Source: Hydrolagus colliei
Lineage: Eukaryota
Direction of reading: 5' to 3'
Length of the DNA: 64,000 bases
NCBI GenBank assembly: GCA_035084275.1
Contig: CM068757.1
Coordinates: forward strand, 3,596,001-3,660,000
Both the position numbers and the translations under genes were made by a program. The notes below the pieces were generated by a model that saw only the letters and a program-made list of their open reading frames with translations, did no database searches and was not told the DNA's origin. This document shows positions 50,924 through 63,249 of the stretch, piece after piece (the first letter of the stretch is position 1; each line of letters begins with the position of its first letter).

Positions 50924-53900
50924 AAAACACATCATAAATGGTTACCCGATTGATCTCTTCCGCTCTGTATTTGAAATTACCTGCAGTTCCGTGTAAACAT
51001 CTGTTGTTCGGGAAATAAAAGATATTTAAACTTAAAAATGCGCGTGGCAAAATTAACACTGCTTACCGGCCTGCGCACATGAATAATAAATAGATGCCAT
51101 TCAAACTTAGGACGCTCATGCCTTCACGCTGGGGGTGGGGAGGAGAGGTTGTGTGGAAGAAAAAAAAATCAAACAATGATTGCAAAACACAATTAAAAAT
51201 TAAGAGGCCCTCAATTTTCAAGGTTGGAATGTATAGGGTCTCACACATACAACATTGACACTGAGCACTGCCCTATCCTGATAAATAATTGATGAATTTC
51301 ATTCAAACTTGAAAATTCCACTAAAGATGTGAGCATGTACTTTGCGAGGTATCAAAGAAAGCGAAATGTAATTTAAATGTAAAAGAGTTGTTTTTTTCAA
51401 AAAAACACACAGACAGCAGTTTAAATTTCTTCAGCAGGGTCACAGGCTGCACACGACTAATTATTAATTTTGCATGAAATACTTTATTTAACTGGCGAGC
51501 TACACGGGAATGAAGTGCTAATTCAAACAAGGGGATATCGTGTTTGATATCATCGGTTGGCTTTATGCCGACATGAGAAAACTCATCCTTGATAAGCAGC
51601 TCTAATGGTTTCAACCCAAATCACGGAAATCTTAAAATGTCCAGATATATACTGTGGCCCATTATTTTATTGTTATTGGTATTGCTTAAGTCATTGGATA
51701 GACAAACGAAAGAATTCTCTCTCGCATTCATGTTTCACTTTGTTTGATATTCCATTTGCATATTTCCTGAACATGTCTGTGCCTTAGACTTACTTACAGC
51801 AAGCTCAGAGCATTCCTAGTTCTCCCTGCGCAGGTCGATTTCCCATGTTTTCAGCTCATACTCCATGCACCACTGAAAAAACAAACAACAAATGCGACAT
51901 TGGTAATGCACTCAATGCCAAGAGCAGCTTTACAGCTGCAATGTGAATCCTGAATTGCAAACAAAAAAAATTCCCAACACAATTCAATCAAAAAGTGATG
52001 TGCAGTAATGTGACTCTTTTCATCCTGCCGTTTCCCCTTTTCTATTTATTTTTCTCCCTTCCCATTCACTGGTCTATTTCAATTTGGGGGGGGGGATTGA
52101 ACAAAAAACTTCCATCTTTCCGACTGTGATTTAATCTTTTGAACTCTTTTCAAAATTGAAAATGACATTGCAAAAACCCTCCGCTTACCTTTGTCACTTG
52201 TGTTCAATATTGGAGGTGGGAACAGGCCATTTTCGTTGAGTGGAAAAAAAACATGAAAGGCTATTTTTTCAGGCTAAAAGCCCGAAAGCCCAGACACTGA
52301 CGATTGACACTGTTGTTTCACACAGACGGCTGACATGCCCTTCCTCTCCCTACATCTTCACCATGATATCGAGATACATCGCCCTGCTGTCTCCTACTCT
52401 ATTTGTCATATACAATAAAGGTTTAGATCAGGCTGCTGTTTGATGATGAGTTATCATACAATACTAATGAGTTTCCTTAGTGCGGTTGTTTTTGAGTGAT
52501 ATTGCTAAAAAAAAAGACTCGCATTTGATAGACTTCCACAGTGAATGCAATGAACGAATAAATGCTCATCAAGTAACAAATGGTTGTGGGGACAAATAAA
52601 ACAGCAGGTTTTTCATTATCAATAGTCTACAACAGTTTAAAACCTCAAGGCATTGATAGATCAATGCTGACATTGTTTACAAAAGATAAATTATCTATAC
52701 TTGTATGGCAGCCCAGTTACTTGTTGGGGGATATAGTTTTCCAACTTTTTTTTATTGGTTTTACTAATGTAATTCTGCAAAGGCGTCGTAAATACCCAGA
52801 GATATACCGACAATCTGAATTCATAAATCATGAGATCTTTAAAATATCATTAGGGAAAGATTATCTATGGTAATAGTCTTCTGTTTTGATCATATATTTC
52901 AATGTATAAAATGACACTGGTATAATCATATATTTAACCATATACTGTAACAACATGGGAGCAACTATTGTGTTTCTTTAAAGTTCACAGGCTGACTATA
53001 AGTTCCTCCACTGTCATCTGCATTGATTAAAATTCTTTGACAACTGAACTTTATTGGGACATTATGCAAAGAATATTGTGGTGGGTTTGATTTTTGATAG
53101 CTCTCTCAGACACAGCCTATTCTGTCGCATAAAAGGCAAAACGTCCCCTCGGAATATTCCTCGTAAGCATTATAATATCATGTGACCCTTTTCATCCACC
53201 GATGAAAAGTGGCCTTTCCCTTAAAAAACAGAGACAATAAATGTCAGATATGGCAGAACACCTATCGCTTTACTTCAGATCTGTCTGCCACACAACAGAC
53301 CTGATGAAAGGAAGCTTCAACAAGTCTATGGCCATAAGGTACCAGGAGACAGCTCAATAGAAACCCAATGAAATGATGACACCACACTATTAAAGGGAGG
53401 GCTGAATGTAAAAGAGAGTTATTAAGACCAACTTTAAGAGTCTTTTGGACACAACAGATTCAACAGGGACAGTTTGTAAAGGTGATGAACACTGAATCTG
53501 TCAACGTGCAAACTCAATGACATACGGCCAGTAGGTTGTTGGTAAATATTTAATAAAGTGAAACACTAAGCCGCGGCACAGGGTGAGCTCGTATTACAAG
53601 CAAGTAAAGAATGTCTACAATGTAGTCATCCATTGCTCTTAATGATATCTTATTATAGCAGAATCACCATGACAATAATAAGACATGCAACCCCACTGAA
53701 TGTAAAGTTAGGAGGCAAACATTTCACCCCGGAACATTCACTTACACTCGAGCTTTGTTGAAGACACTTGTGATTTTCGGTCAATACAAAATAAAGCCAT
53801 TCTAGGGGCATTGGAGCACCAATGAACCAAAGCTAGGGGAGAAGCTCATTTTACTCTAGTTTTATCCCAAACTCCAGGGACAAGAGAAGTTTTACTCTTT

Positions 53901-54254
53901 GGACAGTTCACACATGGTGAGTCCCTAATCTCATCTTTAGGAAGTTGGACTAAACTGACAGAAGACACTTCGCCAGGAAAAGAAGCAGCCGTCAGCAGCT
54001 AAATCATCCTTAAATAATTTCCCCCCACCTCCTGGTGGTTAGATTGAAAACTCTACCAGTAGAGACCTGGGAGCAAGCAATCCAACACTCCTCAGAAGCT
54101 GGGAAATGATGTGTGGATATGGGGAGACAACAGAAGATGTCAGGGAAGCAGGACACTCAGGCTATTTTAATAATGTCTTACCCTGGGGTCAGCAAAGGTG
54201 TTGTTTGCCTCTGAATAAGGCTCCAGAATTTCAAAATTTAGTTTCAATGGTTGA

Positions 54255-54392
54255 AACTCCCTTCAAGTCCCACCTCAAGACCCTCCTCTTCAACCGTGCC
54301 ATCGGTCACCCCACCCCCACCTACCGTCCAGCACCTTGGGACGTCCTCCCGTCGTGAAAGGTGTTCCACAAATGCAATTTTGTTGGTGTTGA
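54255..54392 (+). mobile_element. L2 3' fragment
   Basis: FKSHLKTLLFNRA, then CCAGCACCTTGGGACGTCCTCC...GTGAAAGGTG. Confidence 0.85.
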
Positions 54393-54917
54393 TATCCAAA
54401 ACTTTTGCAGGTCTAAGTTTCTACTTGATTCACTGCATCGTGAATCCTTGTTCAAATCCCCGATGTTTCTCTGTGAAGAAAAATAAACAGGTGACTCAAA
54501 GCCATTACAAGGAACATGTCTCGACTGAAGGCAATGTGTAACCAATATGAATCACCGGTCAATATTGGGGCTTTGTTTTACAACCAGCTGAAGACATTCT
54601 GGACCCAGGAGATACCCATACAGCCGTAGGAGGAGGAAATATTCTGTTCGTGTTCGCAATTTGCGACATCATTTCTGAGAAAATGTTCAATCTGTTTTCC
54701 CGCGATTCACAAACCGCTCATCAATTTACAACCACATCATCATATGTTCTCCAAGAGAAATTCTCCATAACTTTTCAACAACAGTGATTCAGATCAGGAA
54801 AGTGGATTTATATTTCCTACTCCAGGCTGCAAGTTGAGGTGAAGAGTGCTATTTAAGGGTTCAGGTTTAATAATATTAAAATCTTAAACACAACCTTTCA
54901 CCAAAGGCATTTTTTCT

Positions 54918-55204
54918 GCAGCAGTCGATTTGCACACAGAGAACTATGAAGTGAATAATCAATTTTATATTGAGGAATTGATGGCCAAGACAATTAGAAG
55001 AAACTCTTTTTTCTTTTCAACTACCCCTTTTCAATACCATGCGATCTTTAACTTCCACCTGAACAATGGAGCCTCGTTTTAACATCTCATCCTAACAGCA
55101 GCATCATCAACAACTATATGAGTTGAAAGGCTTACCCTGGGGAATGAACTCCAAATTCTCTGACTCAGAGGCGAGAACGCAACCAACCAAGCCAAACTGA
55201 TGCC
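54918..55204 (-). mobile_element. Old Deu-SINE copy
   Basis: Minus head GGCATCAGTTTGGCTTGGTTGG...CCTCTGAGTCAGAG; Deu-like GGATGAGATGTTAAAACGAGGCTCC...CAGGTGGAAGTTAAAGATCGCATGGTATTG. Confidence 0.8.
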
Positions 55205-55230
55205 TATTATCATCTATAATATTCAGAAAT

Positions 55231-55432
55231 TTAATCCTTGCATTTGATATCGCGCTTTTCACATCTTATCGGCGTCTCGAAGTGCTTCACAGAATATACT
55301 GTAAAGTGAAGTGACTGTATATTTGTGGGCGAAATAAAGGAGGTTCCTGTAAAATCACATTTGGCTGCTGGGTTTCGTCCACAAAATACACAGTCAATTA
55401 ACTTTATCAAATGCAAGGATCATCATTACTAT
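55231..55432. mobile_element. Two SINE 3' fragments in inverted orientation
   Basis: ATCCTTGCATTTGATA (55234-55249) and its reverse complement TATCAAATGCAAGGAT (55405-55420), plus inner complementary arms. Confidence 0.85.
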
Positions 55433-56798
55433 AAATCAGCTGTTCATTATTGCAACAGGCATTACGTTTCTGAGCCATTACTCTTCATGACAGCTCAAAA
55501 TAGTAAAAATTGTCTCTGTCCACAACCATTGCACGAGGGAGTGTCAGCTCAATTTATTCTATGTGATCCTGTCATTTTGAAACATTCAACATCCATTTAA
55601 TCCTTGGAGAATTGAGTTCTGCTTGAATCTACTGCCTATCAATATGTCATGTGCATTGGCACTGCATAAACTCGGCTTTGATAAAATGAGTTGTCTAAAT
55701 ACTGTGCGATGATTTAGAAATAAATAAAATAGAATAGTTAGCTTCACAGAAAGATACAAATCATAGAATTAATTGTACGCAACACAAACAGTTGGTGTGA
55801 TCATATATCTTTCACTATTGCAGAATGCGTAAAATTACAATGGCATATATTTGATCATTCGCACAATTTAATATTTAATCTTTTGTGACAATGGCAATGT
55901 GTTGAATAAACAGACTACCCATCAAGAAGAACTTGACAACTAAGATAGCAGTTTTTACTCATTCAGAGTTAATAGCTTATTCTAAGTGCTAAAAATATGC
56001 AAAAGTAGATGAGTGTCATTGAGATACAAAACACTTGGTACTGTATTTAGTATTTGCGATTACATCCAAGCTATGTCTGTAAATCGCATTATTTTCTCCA
56101 ATAATTCCTTAGATTTCCATCTATCTGATCCATATATCTGATTCTAAGCATAAAATATCAGCATTGCTGACATGAAGCGAACAAATAAGTTCAAAATAAG
56201 TTCTAACCCTGATATCAAATGTCTCCAACCCAATTATCCAATTTGTTAATGGCCAGTGCACAAAAGATAATCAATCCACTTCTACATTTCACTTGCAGAC
56301 AGTAGTACACTGTGCAAATCTAATCAATTTTATATAAAAATAGGTTTTCTGAAGCGTTTTCTTTTGTGTCACGGTGAATTGTTAAATGCTTAATGGGTAA
56401 CCTTTTTATTTCATCTGCACTTTATAGATATCAAAGCAAATTTGCTTCGCAAACACAACTTATTTAATTATCGCAATGGAAATACATACAGATGGAGGAT
56501 TCCATAATTGTCTCAGTGTGAAACAATACAAATAAACTTGGTCCTGCAAATTTTGTACACATTACACAGCACATGAGAAGCCATGCGGCACTCCGTTTAC
56601 ACAGTAGTTTATTTTGTGGGACATCTCCCTATGTAATCAGGGTAATCAGAATCCACTTGGAGCTGTGTGATATTCCAGGCTAGTTCATTGATAAATTTGC
56701 TCATTTTTATCCCAAGCAACAGAGTAACCAGTTAACCCTTCCATCACAGCTGGTGTACAATAATTACTTGGATGGGCTGCTTTTGAATGAAAAATTTA

Positions 56799-56918
56799 AA
56801 TAATAATAATCCTTGCATTTGATATAGCGCTTTTCACGTCTTCTAGACATCTCAAAGCGCTTCACAGAATATGCTGTAAAGTGAATTGACTGTATATTTG
56901 TGGGCCAAACAGCCAATT
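56799..56918 (-). mobile_element. SINE 3' fragment
   Basis: Nearly identical to the tail of the other young copies. Confidence 0.92.
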
Positions 56919-58574
56919 TTCTCATAATACCAGTCAAGGAAATTTACTAGTGCCTATTTGAAATCCATTTCAAGTTGACATGATGGAGGGAGAAAGGTGT
57001 GAATTTGGTTAATGAAAGTTGGGTGAGGTTCCTGGCAAGATGCCACTGGCTATCGTAATTGGTTACTGAAAAGGGACTGAGGAATTTGCTGAGAATGGAG
57101 ATAATTTGAGCTGATAACCAACACAGGCTTGTTGGTTGTGTATTTTTTTTATTATTCACTGTAATTCAAGTAGGATTTACCAGCATTTTTTTGGGGTGTG
57201 TTGTGTATGTATTCTGCTGAGGTTGCAGTGAAAGGTAATTTGGCTGAGGAGCTTAATGGTGAGTGGGAACTGACTTTAGAGAGAAGTGACAGCAGTGTGA
57301 GTGGAGATGTGAGGAGGTGGATTGGCTGTCACTGAATTGTGGTATCCCATCTGAAGTGAAATGATGTTAGATGACTCACACTAGGATATTATATACTTCT
57401 ATTTTAATATAGATATAACTAATGTTTTTGCTGACTGGTAATTGTTGTAATGCCATCGCTACAGGTAAGAAAGAAGTTTGTGGCATCACATATCCTGCAT
57501 CAAACCCACCTTTCATGATTTTTAAAAATATGTTAGTGTTTATACATGTATACCAGAAAGGAGAAGTAAGCTCCTTATGATAAAACCATTGCTATATATG
57601 TTAGTCATGCACACTGGATGAGTAAGATAGATACTCTACACAACTTGGTTCCCAATTATAACGTGGTTCTCATTATTTTCACAGTAGGTGATGTGCACCA
57701 TTGTTGGTGTGCGATAAAAATGCAACAAGAGTTTCAGGAAAGGCTGCAGCTAATTGCTGTATGCTTGTCGGAACGTTACTGTCCTGCTAAAGCTAAACCT
57801 CAAGTAGAGATGTGAGTGGAGCAGCTGAAATTAATCTTCCATCATATCATGATTGAGTTTCTTAAGAGGCTTCGCTGCACCTTCATGACAATTTCATAGC
57901 ATGAAGTGCTCTGAGACACCGTCCAGCGTGGAGGGCGCTATATAAATCGAACTTGTTGCTGTTGACTATGAGCTGACTATTACTCTACAACAACCAGGAC
58001 AGGGATGTGAAATGAGGATTGATGGCTTCACCAGAGGAGCAAACTGATATAATGGGTGGAAATATCCCACTACAGAGTTTGGAGATTGCTGTGGTTCTGT
58101 AGCTCTCACAATAATTGTTCTGTTGAAGGATGGCATCACAAGACTATAACTCAAGCCGAAAGAAAAAAAATTTGGAGGGAGAACAGAAGGACAATGCACA
58201 TGGATTAGTGAACAAAATACTCTTGTTTTAGGCACTTTTTTTTGCTCATCAAAGTGTGAGACATCACTGTTGACGAAAGGAACCTTCGCCTATTATCAAG
58301 GCATCTGACATCCACAGATTAGGAACTCACTGGTGTAAAGCAAGCAGTTGAGATTGTGTCTAACAACTCTAGTGTCACCTTAGGCTCCAAATCCTTGCAT
58401 CACCTACATGTTACATTATGGCCAGTTCAAAGTATGGGGAGGCGGGGGGAGTGGGGAGAGACCAGATCAAGGTTTTACGAGCTGTCCAAACAATGAATCC
58501 AGCCTTAGAAAACTCACTCACTACTGCAGTTTCCATCTATCCTGGGGATAGTGGAGTTTGAGATGACAATTTAG

Positions 58575-58760
58575 TTCCAATTTGCAGTCAGCTGGGGGCT
58601 GTGTACCAGCCCCAGTGGGAACTGATCTGAGACTCAACGATCTAATTTCACTTAGCAACTTTGCAACCAGCAAAATACTTCTATTATATCAGTCTAGACT
58701 GGATTCAACCCAATGCCCCAGAGGTGAAAGAACAGTGTGTTATTTCATTGCAATACCCAG
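58575..58760 (-). mobile_element. LF-SINE-like relic (5' part)
   Basis: Minus strand CTGGGTATTGCAATG...CTTTCACCTCTGGGGCATTGGGTTGAATCCAGTCTAGACTGAT...GTGAAATTAGATCGTTGAGTCTCAGATCAGTTCCCACTGG resembles the recalled LF-SINE consensus (CCTTTCACCTCT..GGTTCAAATCCAGCCCAG..GTGAAATGAGTTGG..GTCTCAGTCCAGTTCCTAGTGG). Confidence 0.6.
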
Positions 58761-59292
58761 TACCTCCAATTGACAGGCTTTCGATGATCGCAGAATTACC
58801 GTTGTGTGAAAGACTTTCCATCTGAAAGCTCTTTCAGAGAGAAGTAAGACAATCAGCTTGGACTAACAGTTAAATGCATGGGGTGATATGAAGGAATGGA
58901 ATCAGTGTAACTCACTAACTTTGACCCATCTCTTAAGCAGCCGTGATGAAGAGATAGCATTGATATAGACCAGCATCACACACTATCTTACCCATCTATT
59001 TGCAAGACAACAGCTTTGTGTGTAGTTGACAATATTCGACTATAAAAAAAAAGACATTGTCAGTATACTTTACAGTAAATCCTGTGAAGTGCTTTGAAAT
59101 GTCCTCCTGTCATGACTGATACTCTACCGAATGCAAGGAGTATTACTATTATTTATCTGCAGAAACTTACTTGGACTTTCGGTAAACTGTTTTGCTTCTG
59201 TGAAAGTTTCCAGTCCTCTATGTGGTTTTAATTGGTTAAACGCCTGCGGTACTCCATCACACACTCTGGGGTCCCCAAGCCTTGGCACTTAC

Positions 59293-59332
59293 CAGCCTGT
59301 GCGTCATGCTCTCCCACATTCTCCAGGCGACT
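59293..59332 (-). other. Candidate 40-nt exon
   Basis: Acceptor TTATTTTATTTTAG, donor CTG|GTAAGT; GC-richer than its AT-rich upstream flank; two open frames. Confidence 0.3.
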
Positions 59333-59395
59333 CTAAAATAAAATAATGTTATAATAATAACCACAGACATGTATATACTGTACTGTATAATATAC

Positions 59396-59500
59396 AAAAT
59401 GTACAGTCAATTCACTTTACGGTATATTCTGTTAAGGGTTTTGATGTCTTGAAGATGTGATACTGCGCTATATCAAATGCAAGGATTATTATTATTATTA
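59396..59500 (+). mobile_element. SINE 3' fragment
   Basis: CAGTCAATTCACTTTACGG...GCGCTATATCAAATGCAAGGATTATTATTATTA. Confidence 0.9.
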
Positions 59501-59599
59501 TCTGTTCTACATGCAATAGTGATTCATCTTGTATTTAATTACATTGAAACATAACAACAGCAAAATTATATTATAATTTATTATAATATATTATATGTA

Positions 59600-60060
59600 A
59601 AATTATATTTTACAGTAGCTTTCACATCCGGAGGACGTCCAGAGGCGTTGGCCAGTCAGTGTTTGGGATTGGGGAGGGTGGAGGGAAGGGAGGGTAAGTG
59701 GGACTGTTGGGGTTTAGGTGGTCAAAGCCATCGAGGGCTTTAAAGGCAAGGACCAGCATCTTGAATTGAATGCTCTGGGTGAAGGGAAGCCAGTGGAGTT
59801 GGGCGAGAATGGGGGTGATAGGGTCGTGGTGCCGGATGTGGGAGAGGACATGGCCACAGAGTTCTGGATGATCTGTAGCCTATAGAGAGAGGAGTTGGGG
59901 AGGGCAACAAGCAGGGCATTGGTGTAGTTGAGCCTGGATGTGATGAAGGCATGAATGAGAGTTTCAGCGGCCTGAGGGGTGAGGTAGTAGTGGAATCGGG
60001 CGAATGTTGCAGAGATGAGGGAAGGCAGAGCGGATCATGGCATGGATGTGGGGGAGAAAA
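59600..60060 (-). mobile_element. L2 LINE fragment with internal deletion
   Basis: Minus frame HLCNIRPI..AAETLIHAFITSRLNYTNALLVALPNSSLYRLQIIQNS, then LHWLPFTQSIQFK and an L2 tail. Confidence 0.92.
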
Positions 60061-60904
60061 GTGTTGTGGATTGAACAAGACCTTCCTGACCGGCTTGGTG
60101 AGGTGGAGTGTGCAGTGTGCATTTAAACTTAAAGTTTAAACTTAAACTTAAAGATACCTTTAATTAGTCCAGATCTCCTCCAGGCACTGCATTTGACAGG
60201 CTAGGGTTAGCAAAATAACCATGTATCTGATTAAATAAGACAAGTTTGTGTGAATTTGCAGCAATGCTAAATTGCATTCCTATGAGGAAGCACCACTGAG
60301 AGTTGTCTGCCATTCCATATGGTAGTACACCACAGCAGCAGTATTATTGGTCAATAAAGAATAGTCTAATGGCAGTAAGGGTGATACTAGGTATGTAGGG
60401 ACATATGGGTAGTTACAAACAAGAGCTTTTTAATCCACAAAAGCATTTTTTGTCAGCTTGTTATCAAAGCCTGTGTGACTTTGAAAGTTTCTTTGTACAA
60501 TGAGCTCTCATCATTCCCTGTTTGTTTGGCAGCTAAAATGAGATTTACACATATCATCTGGTCACTCATTTCACTGCCACTTGGATTAAAAGGTTACAGG
60601 TGCCAATATCTGTCAACCACTATTCCTGTCCTTGGATCAGTTCGTCCAATTAGTAACTGCATTAATCTTGCTATATTCCTCCACTAGATTTATCCACAGT
60701 AAATGGGACATGACTGCCACAGGATACCGGTTTAACGGGCTGATGTTTTCCTTAGGGAGAAGTAGACTAGTCATTTTCAGTAACAACTGTTCCTGCAGTT
60801 TTATGCGGATTTGGATTCAATTGCTCAGTTAGAGAGAACTGCATACATCTGGATTTAACTAGGGTATAAGGAAAATGACAATAAAATGATTTTGCCTGGA
60901 ATAA

Positions 60905-60990
60905 GAACAGTGGGTAAGAACATTTCTTTTACCTCTGCCGTCAATATTCGAGTCCAGCTCAGACCGATGGGATGGAAAACACCTCTCAAC
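60905..60990 (+). mobile_element. LF-SINE-like head fragment
   Basis: CAGTGGGTAAG...CTTTTACCTCTG...TTCGAGTCCAGCTCAGACCGATGGGATGGAA, similar to the head at 58690-58760 (minus). Confidence 0.45.
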
Positions 60991-61417
60991 TGTAACACAA
61001 ACGATGGAAATAAGAGGCAGCCATTTCTCAGTCCTCTGCTTCCAATAGCAATATGTAATCTGCACTTGGTTTGGGTGTTTCCCCAATCTATTTCATCTCT
61101 TGAAACAATGGGTTTGGGGGTTTTTACGGATGAAAACTAAACACAAGCGATGCGTTCGCGTCGTAGAGCAGCAACAAAAATGTTTTTTATATCGCGCACT
61201 TTGCGTGGGTTGGTGTCTCACTCGTGACTAAACAAGAGTAAAAGTGAGGCAGACTTATTGGAAGTTAAGATGGTGCAATAGGTAGAGATGTCTTAAGGTT
61301 ACACAAGATGTGATGTATTCTCAAAGCATGGCAACAAAATCATTGGCCAGGTTGTTGTCGTGGCTGTAGCTCCAGGAATCATTTCAATTTGTTAGTTAGG
61401 TTTCCTGTAGCCACACG

Positions 61418-61431
61418 GTTGCTAAGGGAAC
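61418..61431. promoter_or_regulatory. RFX X-box-like palindrome
   Basis: GTTGCTAAGGGAAC versus consensus GTTRCC(AT)GGNAAC. Confidence 0.35.
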
Positions 61432-61804
61432 ATTTGTTGATTAGCATGGGATTTTTTCCAGCACGTAGATGAAAGGGAAACAGCTGCTGGAGGTTTAAAC
61501 AGTCAATACATTCTGCTGTGCCAATGTAAGGAACTTAAATGGTTCCATGAAAACTCCATCTCATGGGCTGAAAAATGCAGTTCATGTTCTGTTACTTTTC
61601 CACTAAAATCCCTCACTGAATTTGTATTCCGGAATGACAACTGCGATGTCTGACTACTATATTCCTGGGCGAACCAGTACTTTATAATGAAGGCTCTGCC
61701 CTCTTCTGTAATACTGTAAGTACCTGTAGTGGAAGTATAGCACTTAGTCACAGTTCTTTACTAACTTTGTACAATTGAAGAAATGTTACCGAACTAGAAT
61801 TTTG

Positions 61805-61890
61805 TCCACAAATATACAGTCAATTCACTTTACAGTATATTCCGTGAAGCGCTTTGAGACTTCTAGAAGACGTGAAAAGCGCTATATCAA
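61805..61890 (+). mobile_element. SINE 3' fragment
   Basis: CCACAAATATACAGTCAATTCACTTTACAG...GTGAAAAGCGCTATATCAAA. Confidence 0.92.
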
Positions 61891-62386
61891 AGTAGTACTT
61901 GAAAAATGAATAAGTTATTGCAATGTTCCCTTACTGAATGGTTCTTTAATGATAATAGCCTTCACATTTGGTACGTTAAAATAAGGTGAGCAACTTGTTA
62001 CCCTGTTACAATGGATTTTTTTTTCCAATTACCACACAAGGGCATATGAAAGTGGCAAATGAGAAAGTGTCATTTGAATCAAAAGCCTTCCCTTTTCTGC
62101 ATAATATTCGCAATCTACTAATCAACTATAGAGTTCCAGTTGGGAAGAGTTTCAGGGCGAACCTGAAAGGAAACTACTGGATTACCGGGTGTACATTCTT
62201 GGATTAACAGTTCCACCATTCGAGCCCCTGAGGAACAACATGGCAACTTGCCCTGGCCAGAAACTTGTCTTTTAGCACTTGCATCTACATTCCTTTTCAA
62301 TTCTCTCCCCAAAAAAAGAGTTTGCGCCTTCAGACAATAGTTTAAGCAACAATCGTATCGAAATATTCTTACTCTGGCAGGCAGAA

Positions 62387-62415
62387 AGTGAGAGAGAGGG
62401 AGAGAGAGAGAGAGA
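62387..62415. repeat. (GA)n microsatellite
   Basis: Tandem GA run. Confidence 0.9.
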
Positions 62416-62639
62416 TGAAGGCATGTCCAGGAAGGATAGAATTTCATAGTACCACAATGCAGAAATGTCCCAAGCATCCCTTGTGAGGTTGAATCTATCT
62501 CAAGAGGACAGAAATTGTTAAATGCTTTGAGATGTCCTCCCTATGTGAAAGGTGCTGAATAAACGTAAATTGTATTGTACTGTATCTTCCATGAAAGTCA
62601 AAGTCCTCTAACACAATGGACCATTTGCCTTGGCTCTGG

Positions 62640-62678
62640 ATAATAATAATAATGATAGTAATAATAATAATAAATAAT
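62640..62678. repeat. (TAA)n microsatellite
   Basis: Imperfect ATA/TAA repeats. Confidence 0.9.
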
Positions 62679-63249
62679 GACTCTCGCAGATGGGCGTCAG
62701 GAAAGCTTTCCACTGCATTCTCTGCATTCCAGCAACATCTGCAGAAAATCAAGAGTATGTTCTATTTTTAAGTTTTCATCATTTTATTAACTATCCTCTG
62801 ATACACAACTAGCTCCTCTCTCACCTTTTCCCCTTAAAAGTGAGAATAAATGACACACCGTGGTTCGTGCAGAGGCTTTATTTGTCTCTCAGCAATTTCA
62901 AGTTTTTTTATGGCTGCTTTTGAAGCGTTTGCCTCACACTCATGGATTGTGGTACTATAGTTAAGCAGATGATTAAAAAAAAAATGGACATGCACCAACG
63001 TAATGGTAGTGAGCAGTTCATCAGAACTCATTGAAGTGAAAGTGTAACGCTTTTATTAAGGCCTTCACTAAGTGGCTTACGTTTGGCATTTCAAGAATGA
63101 CACCGTGTTTGCATATTATGATGCTCAGACCTCTAATCCTTGCAGATATGTATGGTTGCTGCTGTGACAAGACAAGAGGGTAGCAAAATGTATGTCACTC
63201 ACAAGATCACCGAAGAACGCATCCACCATTGTGACAGATTCAACTTTGG

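Noticed and set aside
59980-59990. TGAGGTAGTAG, identical to the let-7 5' end
   Set aside because: Only 11 nt match, the rest diverges, no hairpin partner is visible, and it lies inside an L2 ORF2 fragment
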